Positions 38,301-50,926 of a DNA stretch of 64,000 bases are shown piece by piece. The notes beneath the pieces were generated by a model that saw only the letters and a list, made by a program, of their open reading frames with translations, had not been told where the DNA came from and did no database searches. Position 1 is the first letter of the stretch, and every line of letters starts with the position of its first letter. Source of the stretch: Takakia lepidozioides (taxonomy: Eukaryota; Plantae; Bryophyta); NCBI GenBank assembly GCA_030704615.1, contig CM060733.1, forward strand, positions 48,856,001 through 48,920,000. Reading direction: 5' to 3'. A program made the position numbers and the translations under genes.

Positions 38301-38836
38301 TCAATTCCTCGCAACTCACTTTTGAGTCTAGCCATTCCTCCCATCGCCCGTAGTTTTGGAATGACACTACAAATGTCTTCTTCATCAGCTTCTCCAACCA
38401 CAGTAGGAAGGACTGGATTTGGAATTTCACTTATGTCATCATCGAACGAATCCGAAAGCTCAACGATTGGAGTGGAGGACGTCTGTTCTTTTTTCACCAC
38501 CACCTCCCTCTTGTCTTCAACGACCAAAGCAGCAGTCATGGGCGTCACATATGACCCAAGGGACTTTCGCCGAGGCTCTCCAAGTACTCTCTATCGACCA
38601 GGGCGCACTCTCCACTGGCTGACAGGAGCCGTCTCATCACGGTTTTGGAAAGAGTATTTCAACAACTTCCCTTTCAAATCGTACACCTCTTTCTCCAAAA
38701 AGATGGAGCCATTCTGAAGCTGAAAACGGGTAGCCAAGACATGTTCCAGAACAATTGCAAATCCATTGTCAAGGACTTTCTGGGAGAACCGCACTGGTTT
38801 GTCGTCAGAGAAGAACTCCGCTTCAGAGGAAGCCAT
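35338..38836 (-). pseudogene. MULE/Mutator transposase with N-terminal GCM-like DNA-binding domain and C-terminal SWIM finger (frameshifted; probable intron 36824->36708)
   Basis: WCRTKTSN..CNGHLRC..C..RACVHFGFHNHP (GCM-like); FDHVKRV, FMADSAQA, CLFH, NLAETVH (DDE with CxxH); CTCPDF..PCKH (SWIM); 117-nt T-rich GT..AG segment. Confidence 0.8.
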
Positions 38837-39494
38837 CTTCCTTCCTCGCGTACGTTGATACCTTGCTATCGCAGACCTTCAGTGTAAATCGGTTTACTGA
38901 TGTCTCTAGAACACAGTTGAAGAATGAGCAGAGAATATGGCGGAGGAAGCTCAGACGACAACTGTGCATATTTTGTTATTCCTTCCAGATATGCAGCCGT
39001 CCATTTTAATTACTTTTCTTGTGGGCCCAGTGGTCAGAGTATCCCTAGGAGCAATGTCGGCAGCTGTTAGACCGTTAATTAAAACCTCATCAATAAACAC
39101 AATAACAAGCCGACTTCCTGGAAGCATGCCACAGGATCTGAGGGTGGGATTGCAGATTAAGTAAATGTATCTTTATACTACTACCAATGATCATGCGCAC
39201 CTGGAAAGTTCAAAATGTGAAATGAACGAGGGGTTGGCTAAGAGGTTAGCTATTTCATGAGCATGAGCGGCATGAGCGGCATGAGCGGAGTAGTAAGACA
39301 ATCGGTTTTCATGAGCAGAAGTACAAATTTCGAAAATAAAAAACATTAAAAAAACCAATTAAAAAACATTAATTTAATGCAATGTGTCAGGAAAAACAAA
39401 TATATTATTCGGCCCCTTGAAGGGAAAATTGTAGTTTTGACAGTTGTGCTCATGATATTTCGTCTTCCGCTCATGCCAATTCCCAGCGACATGT

Positions 39495-39930
39495 GCAAAT
39501 ATGGCGCCGAATTTCGCGGTAATAGGGTCCGTAACCTGAAAAAACGGCAACGTATTTCGCGGTAATAGGTCTCTCTGGCGAAAATGGTGCCGAATTCCGC
39601 GGCTATAGGTCCCCTCATGACAGGTAATTCGGCGCCATTTTTCCAGTGCATGTTCGGACTTAGCCAGTTTTCGGCGCAAAATAGGGAAATTCGGCGCCAT
39701 TTTTCCAGACACTGTACCAGTGCATGTTGGGACTTAGCTAGTTTTCGGCCCAAAAAAGAGAATTCGGCGCCATTTTTCCAGACACGGTACTAGTGCATGT
39801 TGGGACTTAGCCAGTTTTCGGCCCAAAAAAAAGAAATTCGGTGCCATTTTCCCATACACATGTACCAGTGCATGTTGGGACTTAGCCAATTTCCGGCCCC
39901 AAAAAGAGAAATTCGGCGCCATTTTTCCAG
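39495..39930. repeat. Repeat block: ~73 bp tandem units (AATTCGGCGCCATTTTTCCAG..TGCATGTTGGGACTTAGCCAG, ~4.3 copies) preceded by inverted core copies and CGCGGTAATAGG motifs
   Basis: Units start near 39626, 39688, 39761, 39835, 39909; probably transposon subterminal repeats. Confidence 0.8.
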
Positions 39931-40085
39931 AAATGGCCCCACAACTGCTTCTGTTGGATCTCAGTTTGAATGGAATATTGCCTCATTCCAGGAGTTTTGG
40001 GGTGCATTTCATTACACTGCAAAAAAAAATCTAATACAGCAAAATGCAATTGAAAATATCCATATGGAGGATTCTCTTTGCCCCA

Positions 40086-41257
40086 TCAATGATTTCTGGA
40101 ATCCCTAAGGAGGAGTTTGTGCAGCTCGTTCACGCTCAATGCCGGTGCATGAATAAAGTCATCAATAGTCACGTTCATCCTCAACCTCTTCAGGTAAATG
40201 TAATACAGATGCTTGCACGGATAATACTTCGAACCCTTCTTTGCTTCCATCAACGAGAAGTCCGTACAATTGCAAGTCGGCTCCACTCCAATCGTAATTG
40301 TGTATACATCGTCGCGTACAGCCGAGCCGGCCGTTGCCATCCGATACACACGCCCAAGGCCCGGGTGGGGGTACGTCCACGGACCTCTGAATAGTGCAAG
40401 CCATCCCAAGAGCATTGGCAATTCGAGTCTCATTCAACTTGTTGGGAGGGTGTCGTATCTTCACTCTTCCGAATTGCATTGTGGGATGTGCAGAATTGTC
40501 CAATCCGTCTCTACTGGACCGAGCAGTCTGCAATGGCTGGGTCTGAGGAACCGGAAATGCGTGGGCCGGGATGTCTGTGCGTTGCACCATTCGAAATCCT
40601 GCTGCAGATAGAGCATCCGCCTCATTCTAAGAGAGGCTGCAACCCGGTACAACAGGCCAGATGCCCGGAGGCTCCGGCATTCCCTGAATCCCGTACTTGG
40701 GCTTGCCAAATACACAGGTCATTATGTCGTGCCTACAGAACCAAAATGTCGTGTGGGTTCCTCCGAATCATCTCACCACAGCGTGCTCTCGTATCCACCC
40801 GGATGGCGCAGCACTTCCCTCGAAATGCCGGCAATGTCCTCGCAATTCTCCACTGTGACTCCGACACTCTTGTCTCCACAATGGGAATGTTGTACTGCTT
40901 TACTACAGGTGGCTCATTATGTTGCCGGGGCACGCGCCCTGTGCTCAAAGGAGATGGCGATCTTGAACGTGCAGGACTTGCGGTGTTCGACTACCTCCTC
41001 GGGCAACATCACCGGACCACGAGGGAGCGTGCAAATATTATTGTCAGCTCGCCATGAATCATCTTCTCCGCCAGGTGCCTCGTCAAGTCTTCGTCTCACT
41101 GGACGGGTATGAACATCTCCTTCCAAATGTTGGCCTCTTTGCAGCAATGGCGTGTCCCGAAGGCCCTCTCGCAAGGCCGCCACCCACTTCCGAGGATTCT
41201 TCGATCTAGAGGCAGTCCGCATCAGCATTTCCTGCTTGTCCGGCCCCAAGCCCCACT
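40086..41257 (-). pseudogene. 3' half of a second GCM-MULE transposase (SWIM end), cut by the CACTA insertion
   Basis: GLGPDKQEMLMRTASRS matches GKGPDKWEFMLRAANRS of the first copy; SWIM CNCTDF..PCKHLYYIY. Confidence 0.8.
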
Positions 41258-42232
41258 CACTAATACAGAAACCGGTTTTTTTAACGGCTCTTCTCACACA
41301 TTTTCGTGTGAAAAGAGCCCAAGTTCACACCCCCCTTGGTGTTAGGTTAACCTAGTCCTTTGCACCACATGTGAACTTTCTTGGTCCTGTGAAAAAAACC
41401 ATCTCACACCAAACTTGCACCTGATGTGGCAGTAGGTTTAGGTGGCTCTTTTTACGGATATTTTGACGGCCGTTTTGACTGGTTAGTTCAACTACTATTT
41501 TGACTAAGTAATCTTAATGGTCTTTCTACGGTACTTATTACACCTCATTGCCACCATGTATGCCACATGTATGTCAAAGGGAATGCCACGTAATAGAGTC
41601 CATCAGAATTATTAAATAAATAATAGATATTAAGGGCTCTTCTTACGGATTCTCTCACACAGATTTAACACCAGGTTCAAGTCGTGGTGTGATCGCAATG
41701 ACACTAGTGTGAATACTGTCATATCCATTGTTTTGTTCCTATTGGACGAAAAATAAACAATTATTATTTGTTGACAAATGCCAAAATGAATAGTCATATT
41801 ATTATTCTTATTATTCTTATTATTCTTATAATAAATGGGATAGCACCCCAAAAGCCATTGGCTGCTTGATTTAATATGTAATATATTATTATTTTAGAAT
41901 TATTATTTGTTTTGTTTCATTTAAACAAAAGCTTATTTAAAACATGGATAATAATTGTATTATTAACCACATTGACCAATAGTAATGTTATTAATATTAA
42001 ATATAGCAAACAACCAGCAAAATACCACATTCATGTCTACACAAGAAAAATTTGGCTTGATGTGGGAAAATGAAGTTGCCCTTGAACAAGGGGATCTTGT
42101 GATCATACATGAGAATAGCAAGAGCATCAATTCAAAAAATACTGTTCATGTGAGAAGAGCTGTTTTGTTCACCTGTCTCAGCAACCCTCAATCCATAAAG
42201 AAAACTAAACTAAACTTGTAGCACCTTCAATA

Positions 42233-45200
42233 TCATGCGTGTTTAAGAAACTTTTCAGACCATAAGGTGGAACTTCCCTGCGTGTCACCCAATGTGGTAT
42301 AATTAGGGGTAACAGAGTAGGATACGATCTTGTAGAAGGTATCAGTAGGGACAATATCTTCAAATTGCAAGATGGGTGCAGAAGCTGCCAATGCACCAAT
42401 TGGTCCGGGTACGGCAACACAACCTCTGAAATCATGACCGATTTCACATGGATACGGTAATAGTTGTCTGACACATTTGCTTTCGGAAATCCAGCAATAT
42501 ATCCCACACCTGCCCTTCTTTTTGGTGCACAAGGATCAAATAATAACACCTTGTCGCCGATCTGAAACTGCAACAAAAACCAGATTCCTATATCAGAAAT
42601 GAACCCTGGAGAACAGAAACTGACAGCTTGACACTCCTGCAAAATGACATTGAAGTTCTTCCAGCAAACACCCCAACCCTACCTATTGCAGTACTTCCAA
42701 TTCCGAATTGCATTTGCTTGTCTCTATACTACATGCTGACATGATCAAAGCTGGAACGGTGCCATACCTAGTTGGTAGCAGGTTATGCATGGTCAACATG
42801 GATGTGGTAGGACGATGTTACAAAACTACCTTCGTAGGTTGTTGGGCCTGCAGCTATGTGGCGATACATAAGAGGTGTATTGATCCAGCATCAGACAAGG
42901 AAACAAAATTGCACAAATGAAGTACTTACACTGTGCGGATTTTGTTGGTCACCCTGTGGTTCAGTTAGATCCACTGTGGTTGTAGTCTGATTGATAGCAC
43001 ATATTGTACTCTCCCTGTCCATTGAACGCTTCACTGGTTTCACCATCTGTATATTGAATGACACAATGATCAAAAAATGAGAATAGCACGAATGACACAC
43101 ATTGTGAAGTAGCATTAACAATACAAATCCACCCACGCGCCCAAGCATTGAAACTTTTGCTCTCACCTTTCTTTGATTATGCTTTGTTGTTGCATCGGGA
43201 GGCAAAGTCGTTGGAACTCTGGCAGCAGGAAGCCCTGGTTCGGATGCCTTTGCAGATTGTTGTGATCCACTACCCATGGCTGCAGTATTGAACAAGTAGT
43301 TGGGCTGCCCATATCTGTATGGGTGCCCTGACACATACTCAGGGATGTGTGCAGCCTTGGATACACCCTCTAACCAAGGCAGTAATTCTTTCATAAGCCT
43401 CTTACAGTTTGGCTGATCCCTCAACTTCCATGGATACGGGAAGATGCAATTATTTGCAGGGTTGGGTAAGCAAGTGAGTGGGGAATCGTCCACCAGCAAA
43501 GTATTGGTTGGATTGTAATGGTTGTAGTCCTTCCAAAACTTACATAAGTTCTTGTACATGACAGTTTTAGAAGGATTGAAAGGGTCCACCATTCCCACAG
43601 GCTGGTCACAATAGTCTTGGTGAAGCACCATCTTTGGTTGCTTCCCACGAAACAAAGCTTTCACAACTGGAAGGACATTACTCAATGACATGGAAGACCA
43701 TACACCTACATCAAAAATCTGAAGGCATCGGTCCAGAAACTCCTGACACCCAGGTCTGGAGGTGACAGTGGGCTCTAGGTATTCCCTTGTTCGTAGTTTG
43801 CTCTCACATAACAATCCATTCAAGTCAAGTATAAAGATGTGTTTCTGCCTCTCAGTTGCCGAAGGGCAATTACCTACAACTTGTACATGATTATCATGTA
43901 CAAAAGACACACCTTTCTGTGGGGCACTCTGCAAATTCATGGAGACCTCACAGGCATATTGAGAGGGTAGTACATATGCCGGCAGTGCTACTGGTGTAGG
44001 GGACAACAAAACTGATGAACACTTTGCAGTTGCCTCAACAATATGGGGGGATGGATTGAGTTCACCTTCAGACCAACCCTCCATGTCATCATCCCCCTCC
44101 ATTTCTGAAAGCCCAAACAATGAGCCTATTGTGTTTGGCTTTGGTGGCGGTGAAGAAACTGCCTTGAACAGGTTGAGTGGTGAGCCCATAACATGAGAAA
44201 TAGTCTCATTTGTTGGATGTGGCGCAAAGGTGGTGCATGGTGGACCTGTAGGCTGTGAATCTGGCACATTCATGCCAAGTTTAGCTGCGAGCGCAATGTT
44301 GAATGCAGCTGCTACCTCCAGTTGGACTTGGACTGCTTCCAAAGCTGCCTTGGAGCTGGCTTCCATCTGCACTTGTTTGTTTTCCATAGCATCGAGGCGA
44401 GCTGCTAGTGAACCAATTCCCTGCCCCATCACATAGAACACCTCCAAAGTAACAATTCACTACACTGACTGATGAACTAGTAAGAAAAGAGAACCAAACG
44501 GCAATTAGCAATGGCATGGAAATCACGAATATGTAATTCACACCAAAATTGGTACTGAGTTCATATATCGTTGTGGCTGCACTGCCTGTACACCCCGACC
44601 CGTAGCCTTTGTCACTCCTGGCGCTACCGGCGATCTCCTGCAAACTTGGTGTACGTCCAGTCTCCTTCTCCTGTGATTGCAACAAACTTGCAAGTGTAAA
44701 TGACTAGCATAGCACACTGCCAACAGTAAAGAATTATCTAGGATAGCGTCAATGACTCCCCCTCAATAAGAGTGCTTAGTTTCTTGCTGGCGCCCAACTC
44801 TGAGAAGGCCCCCAAGTAGTAGCAATGTGTACTAATTCCATCCATATAGGAATAGACTATGAGCTCTATAAAAAAAAACCCAACACATAAAGTTTGTCAA
44901 TGCAAAACAATGTGGGAACTTCCTATGTTGTAAGAGAAGTATACCAGTCGTGCTACAACACCGCTGATTCCACTGCGACCCGATCGAGATGTATTCTTCA
45001 CACATCCCCGCGCCTTGACACCATTTGCCTGGAATTTCTTGAAATCAGTGGAACCCCAACTAACAACTAGTTGTGCCCATGTCTTGTCTGGCACATGATG
45101 GGGTTTGGGCAGCCCCACACTATAGTAATTTTTGAACAGCTTATTTCGTTGGTACTTGAGCTGCCCGCAAATTGTTTTTGTAATAGCCTTTATGTTAAGA

Positions 45201-48093
45201 CCAGGAGGTCCGTATTCCCAATCTGAAGCCAAGATCTCCATGATCTTTTCAATTAAGTGTAATGGTTGATCCTGAGCATACAATGACCAGTCCAACAAAC
45301 GTTGACACTGCCCTCGCAGAGCTGTCATCCACTGGTTCCGAGCAGGACCTTCAGGGTTTCCAAGTTCATCACAAGAAATGAAAAATTTCCTCCTCCCTAC
45401 AGCCACATTCTGAGCAGCCTGGTCTCTCAGATCTTTTGCAAGTGCCCTTCTTTCCCTCCTTAAAGCATTTTTGCGTTCTATAGGAGTCACACCTGATGTC
45501 CCCCCAGGAGTAAGGCTGGAATCCTGCAAGGTTTCAGCAGTACCTTGCATGTTACCACCTTCACTCTGTTGGGGCTGGACTGTTGTCTCCCACCCCACAG
45601 GATGATGCGGAGCAAATGCATCCTCGGTCTGTTTCAGAATGCCTTTCCCTTTCAGGGTATTAGGTGTACCTGGAGATGTTGGATAAAGAGGTGGCCGCGG
45701 TGCAGTGAAGCTCGAAGGTGCCGGCTGTTGTACTCCACTGTAGTTGGATCCTGAAGGTTGGTGGCCACCATACTGGACCTGCCCCTGGTGTGGTCTTGCA
45801 GGGCTGGTAGGATAGAGGGAGGAAGTAGGTTGGTTGTACATAGGCCGAGGAGGATACATACTATGGGGATGCATTCCATAATGGTGGTAAATGGAATACC
45901 CACCTTGACTAGGATCATGCATTGGAGCGCCTGCAGGTGGAGCAAAAGAATTGTAATTCTGGCACTGAGGATCATTGTTTGGAGGTTGATAGTGAGGATA
46001 CGGCATGTGCCCATGCAGATTATACCCTGACATGGCAGGATACTGCGGGTACATAAGCGGATACGAGGGAGGAGCCGATACTGGTGGATACAAGGGAGCT
46101 GGAACGTCAGTCTGTGGAGTGGGCGGGGCTGGTTTTTCGTAAGTTGGAACAACCGCGCCACTCATCACAGCAGTTGGCGCAATAGTTGGTGCACACTTTG
46201 CTGGAGTAAGAGACTTATGCTCGTTCGCATCCTTCCCTGCAATTCCCTTCCTTTTTTTTACTGAACTCTGCACACATTGCTCAACATAAACATGAGAAAC
46301 AATACCACCATACTACTAGGGATGGCAAACCTAGTGGGTAAGCAAAGCCCAAAGGCCTATGCAAGAAGACCCTGTCAGTCAGACCTACCTATAAACAGTG
46401 AGGAGTCTTCTAAAGAATGGAAATGACTGTCTACAATCCAAGACAACCCTGAAAAACTGGAGTGCATCACAAAGGGGTACAACGTGCCCATTAGTTCTTC
46501 TGAGATTGCTGAAGCAATAGAACATCTAAAGGGCTATAAAGTTGGTGTGTCTGATACGATTGTCAAGCCTGGTGTGATCATATGGTAGATGCCCTTGCAC
46601 TCCTCTGGGACCTTATTTGGAAGACTGAAATGATACCCTTTCGCTGGAGAGAGGGTGTCAGTGTCAATCTGAGGTGACAGATGACAGCCTAGGAACTACC
46701 GTAGCATTACACTTCTTACCACAGTTTGCAAGCTGTTCTGTAGGATAATAAGCACCCATCTTGAGGTTGATTTGGAGTCTGGAAGTGTTTTCCATGAAGG
46801 TGAGGCAGGCTTCCTGGGGGCTGTGTCAACCATGTCCCTGAGCTGGCCTATTCAAGGAAGGAAAAAAGAAAGAAACCTCTAAGGAAACCTCTGTCCTAGA
46901 ACGACACCTTCCTTCTACAAAGGTTTCCTTCCTTGACATCTTATGGTGCACGCGCTGACATGCTCTCTTTGAGCACCAAAAGCTGAATGGATTCTAAAGT
47001 TTTAGCATGATTGGAGTTGGCCAACCCACACGGCAGATGTGTACTCCAAGGCCTGATAAGGCCTGATCTCTTCATAAGTGCTGGTATGGCGGCATCACCC
47101 ATCTGTAACCCAAATCTCTTGCTTTCCTAATTTTTAAAGGGCTGATAAACGAAAACATTGAAGAGCAGCGGGGAGAGGGTACAACCTTGAGCTACACCTT
47201 GGTCAATGTCAAAGAAATTAGACTTCTCGCTATTGACCACAACACAAGCTTTGGTGTTCGCATGCAGGTTGTGAACCATCCTCCATATCTTTCCCCTGAC
47301 CCCAGAAGCTGTAGAACAACTGACGTGGCTGCTCAGGGCGAGTTTGGAGTACCAGCCTTGACCTCTCAACATGATGAGTTCAAGGTCAGATGGTACAGTC
47401 AGCTGAATCGCATGCCTCATACCAGCGACCCTATGATAAATACCTGAATATTAGGAAGGAAGAACTCACCCTGCTAGATGAATCTGACGTGGAGGCTGAA
47501 GTGTCTAAGGCCATGTCAAAAGCATGAAGAATGTCCGAACAAAACAATGTTAGGCATAAACTTCCCTGAACTCGTTTCCAGTTTGTGACATGGGTGAGGA
47601 CTTTGAGGATGATCTGAAGGGCAGACCTACCCTTGGCACTAGACTGAAAATTTTACCTCAGGATGGGGAGTCTACCTTTGAACAATAAACAGATGCAGAG
47701 AGGAAAGGGAGATTGTCAATGCTCACTGGTGTGGGTGGCCTGAAGACAATGTCCATTTTCTGATACAAGTCCGGGGTATTCTCATCAGAGAGCGACCCTC
47801 TTCAGGACCATCAAGAACATAGTCCCTGCACCTCTGTTCACCAACTTTCAATATCTCAAGGCTGAGTCTAAAGCGGTGGCCTTGTTGGGGTCTCATTGCT
47901 TGGTAGCCCACATACAACATATTGATGCTTGTGTGAAGGGCTTTCTAAAAGGAATCTGGAAAGCCTGAACTAATGTTTATAACACGGTAAGTCCTACTAC
48001 TGGAGTGAGCCCCTCATGTCTGTTCCCTCTTGTTCTGCTGGGCACGGGCAAGGTCTGTGGCCACAAGGCTATGATAAGCAACTTCTCAGGAGT

Positions 48094-48127
<34 letters not shown>

Positions 48128-50897
48128 AGTCTCGAGGACGAAGGACCTCTTTGTGGGTTGTGTTTACATGCCCACAGAGGGGACGCTCACAAGCTGATGC
48201 AGACAAAGCCTTCGAAGATGTAAAGCTGGACTGTGCTTCGTTCCTTGCCAAAGGTCAGGTGGTGCTATTGGGTGACTTCAATGCCCGGGTGGGCAAAGGG
48301 CTCCATCAGGACGATATCATTGGACCTTTTGGTGAGGACGAACTGAATTCTAATGGCAGACGGTTAATTAACTGTCTAGAAGATCTTCAGCTTTTGACCT
48401 TGAATAACAGGACAAGAGGTGACCAAGTGCAGTGGACTCGTGAGAAATCCCAAACTGGGGAACGTTCCATTGTGGATTATATCATAATGGACAAAAATTT
48501 GTTCCCCCAGTGTGCCAATGTGTTGATCGACAGAACTGATATTGGTACCTCTGACCATTTCCTGGTTTGGAATGAGATCAAAAGGTGTTTTCCCAACACC
48601 AAGAGATATGTGAAACATTCGATTCGGAAGTGGCGCATAGAAAAACTCCATAATGAGGAGGTCAAGGCTGAGTATGTCCAGCCCTTGCAAGAGGGTCTCC
48701 CTCATTTTGTCCAATCGCTCCAAGAACTTCAGTCTCGCTCTGATAACGCAAGAAATGAAGTCGAAAGAGCAGGGGACTCTTGGGAGAGTTTCGTTTCCTC
48801 CGTGGTTGACAAGATCATTGGGATGAAACTAATTGTCTATGGTAGAGCTGTTAATTGGTGGACCAATGAGATTAAACTCAAGATAGCTGAGAGACGAGCC
48901 CTCTATAAAGAGTGCTGCAATTTGGAAACCAACAGAGAATTGTGGGCGAGGTACTACCAGCTCCGTAAAGATATCAAACAGCTTGTTAGGTCTCAGAAGA
49001 ATTATACTGGGACAAGTTATACAGTGAAATAAACTCAAACCACCATGGTGGTAATGACAAGAAATTCTGGTTGGCCCTTCAACATTTGTACAAGCCGAAA
49101 AACGGTCAGCAAGTACAAGCGCTGAAGACTACTAAAGGTGCAGTGGTGACTTCATCGGTTGACATTGTCAAAACCTTTGAAACTCACTACAGTATCCTTG
49201 GCATAACTTCTAGGTCTAACAGTGAGGGGTCTTCTACTGAATGGAGGGACACAGTTGGAAAAACTGTTCCTATGATGCAAAACAGCCCTGATGAACTGGA
49301 GTATATTTCAATGGCTTATAACGCTCCCATTAGTCCTTCTGAGATTGTGGAAGCAATTGAACATTTAAATGGATATAAAGCTGGTGGACCTGATGGTATT
49401 GTCAACGAGCTTATCAAGCACGGTGGCGATCCCATGCGGGTTGTCAACATAAATCAGGCGTTGGCAGAGACGGTTCAATCCATCAACTTCAAGACAGAAT
49501 TCAATCCCTACTTCTCCTCTTTAACCTGATCTAGAAGACTGAAACGATCCCCTTTCGCTGGTGACAGGGCGTCATTGTCAATCTATACAAGAAGGATTTC
49601 TAGAGGATATCTGGAAAACCCGAATTAATTCTATATATGAAGGTAAGTCTTACTACCAACGTCAGCCCCTGACAGAGGTAGGTTCTGTCCCTTTTGTTCC
49701 CGCTCAAACTGGGCGCGGGGTCAATGTCCACAAGGCTACGGCAAACAACGTCTTATGAGTACAATCTCTCTCTCTCTGATGAAAATGAAGTTAGACAAAG
49801 TGGCTTGTCACTACCGTTCATGTTGTTCTTCTTCTTGGTCCATGGATTGGTGAGAGACAATCACCAAATCAAAACCACTATTCTCAGTTTATGGGTTCAA
49901 GATGAAAAAGGAAAAAGAGGCAACATTTATATACCATCATGAAGGAGAGTCAAGCATACCATAAGAGTACCAACACTCACATTGCTGAAAACAAAGGCAC
50001 ATGGTCCACAAGTTGAATTGGCAAAGAGATGTTGGAGGGTTTAGGGGTAAGGACTTCAAGTGCCTCTAGTGCTGCATTGTCTATCTGGCTTTGTTGAAGA
50101 AGAAGTATGACCCCCACAACTGTTGGCCTCATTACAATCCAGACCAAGCCAGAAAGCAGGCAACTGGAGTTGACATTCCAGTGAGCCTTTTCCCACCCAA
50201 ATTCATATGCAAGACTCATGCCCAACAACCTTGCTGCAATTGTTTCTTACCCTCACTGCCTTTTCATATGCATATGGAGACAGAACTTTGGTGCAGATCG
50301 CAAACCTGCTGATGGGTTGGGGAGTTTGCAGGGTGCTTTGCGCGCTTTGTCTTTGTTGGGGCTTCTTTCATCGTTTCCATCTCTGACTCCGAGCTGGTCT
50401 CATTGAAGTCTTCATGTGCGGCATAATCTTGGTCTCGCTGCAATTCTTGCTCTCGTGCCTCCTCTGTGTCTGACTCCGCTTGAACCTGCGCTTCCTCCTC
50501 TTGCTCTACCTCTTTCTCCCTTGTGACATTGCAGAGTGCAGGAGTTGAACTCTGTGACTTCGGCGAGGAGGACCTGTGTGTTTGAGGATTTCCTCAACGA
50601 GGCGTTTAGGGCGACTCAAGCTCTCTTCGACGCTGCAAAGAAGAAGAAAGACAAAGTCAGCAGCTGCAAAACCCTAACATATCCTCTCTGCAGGTTTGGA
50701 GCTTTTAATGCGGTTTCATGGCTAGGGCTAGGTAGGGGATATGAAAAAAACCGAAGTTTGGACCTCTTTGCAATGTCGTAGATCTTCAGTCGTGCGAAGA
50801 ATGCCTTGTTCTCCGCTTGACGCTTTGCTCGTTCTACCTCCCTCGCTGTAGGCTTGCGCCCTGGTGTAACTTCTGGACACTCTATTTGGGTCTCCAT
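42233..50897 (-). CDS. Multi-exon CACTA TnpA-like accessory gene containing an FCP1/NIF phosphatase domain (exon limits approximate; integrity uncertain)
   Basis: Putative exons ~50897-50765 (REVERAKRQAENKAFFARLKI), ~50634-50307 (acidic), ~46270-44945 (P/Q-rich then NTSRSGRSGISGVVARL), ~44680-44590 (ETGRTPSLQEI), 44447-43170, and a C-terminal domain FQIGDKVLL..VVLPYP..STLW. Confidence 0.6.
43315..43845 (-). CDS. FCP1-homology / NIF-family HAD phosphatase domain
   Basis: FILDLNGLL; RPGCQEFL; VGVWSS; YKNLCKFW; TNTLLVDDSP..NP; uninterrupted within ORF 42891-44447. Confidence 0.82.
46330..48124 (+). mobile_element. Decayed 5'-truncated LINE with an internally inverted RT segment (~47127-47305) and (CT)n tail
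   Basis: 46440-46700 resembles 49270-49590; NYRSITLL-type motif near 46695; minus-strand GVAQGCTLSPLLFNVF; (CT)n at ~48095-48123. Confidence 0.75.
48130..49778 (+). mobile_element. LINE fragment: APE endonuclease plus linker, RT deleted, 3' end with (CT)n tail
   Basis: VVLLGDFNARVG, SIVDYII, TSDHFLVW; KAGGPDGIVNELIK; jumps to a 3' end like that of the upstream copy (CCACAAGGCTA..CTCTCT). Confidence 0.85.
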
Positions 50898-50926
50898 TTC
50901 CTGACGAGTCTCACTCACTCGCCAAG

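Noticed and set aside
34890-39300. Degenerate CACTA-type ends (CAACGAC.../...GTAGTA) around the first MULE
   Set aside because: Too many mismatches and no TSD; cannot be supported
39626-39930. CRISPR-like array
   Set aside because: Whole units repeat with no unique spacers; eukaryotic context; no cas genes
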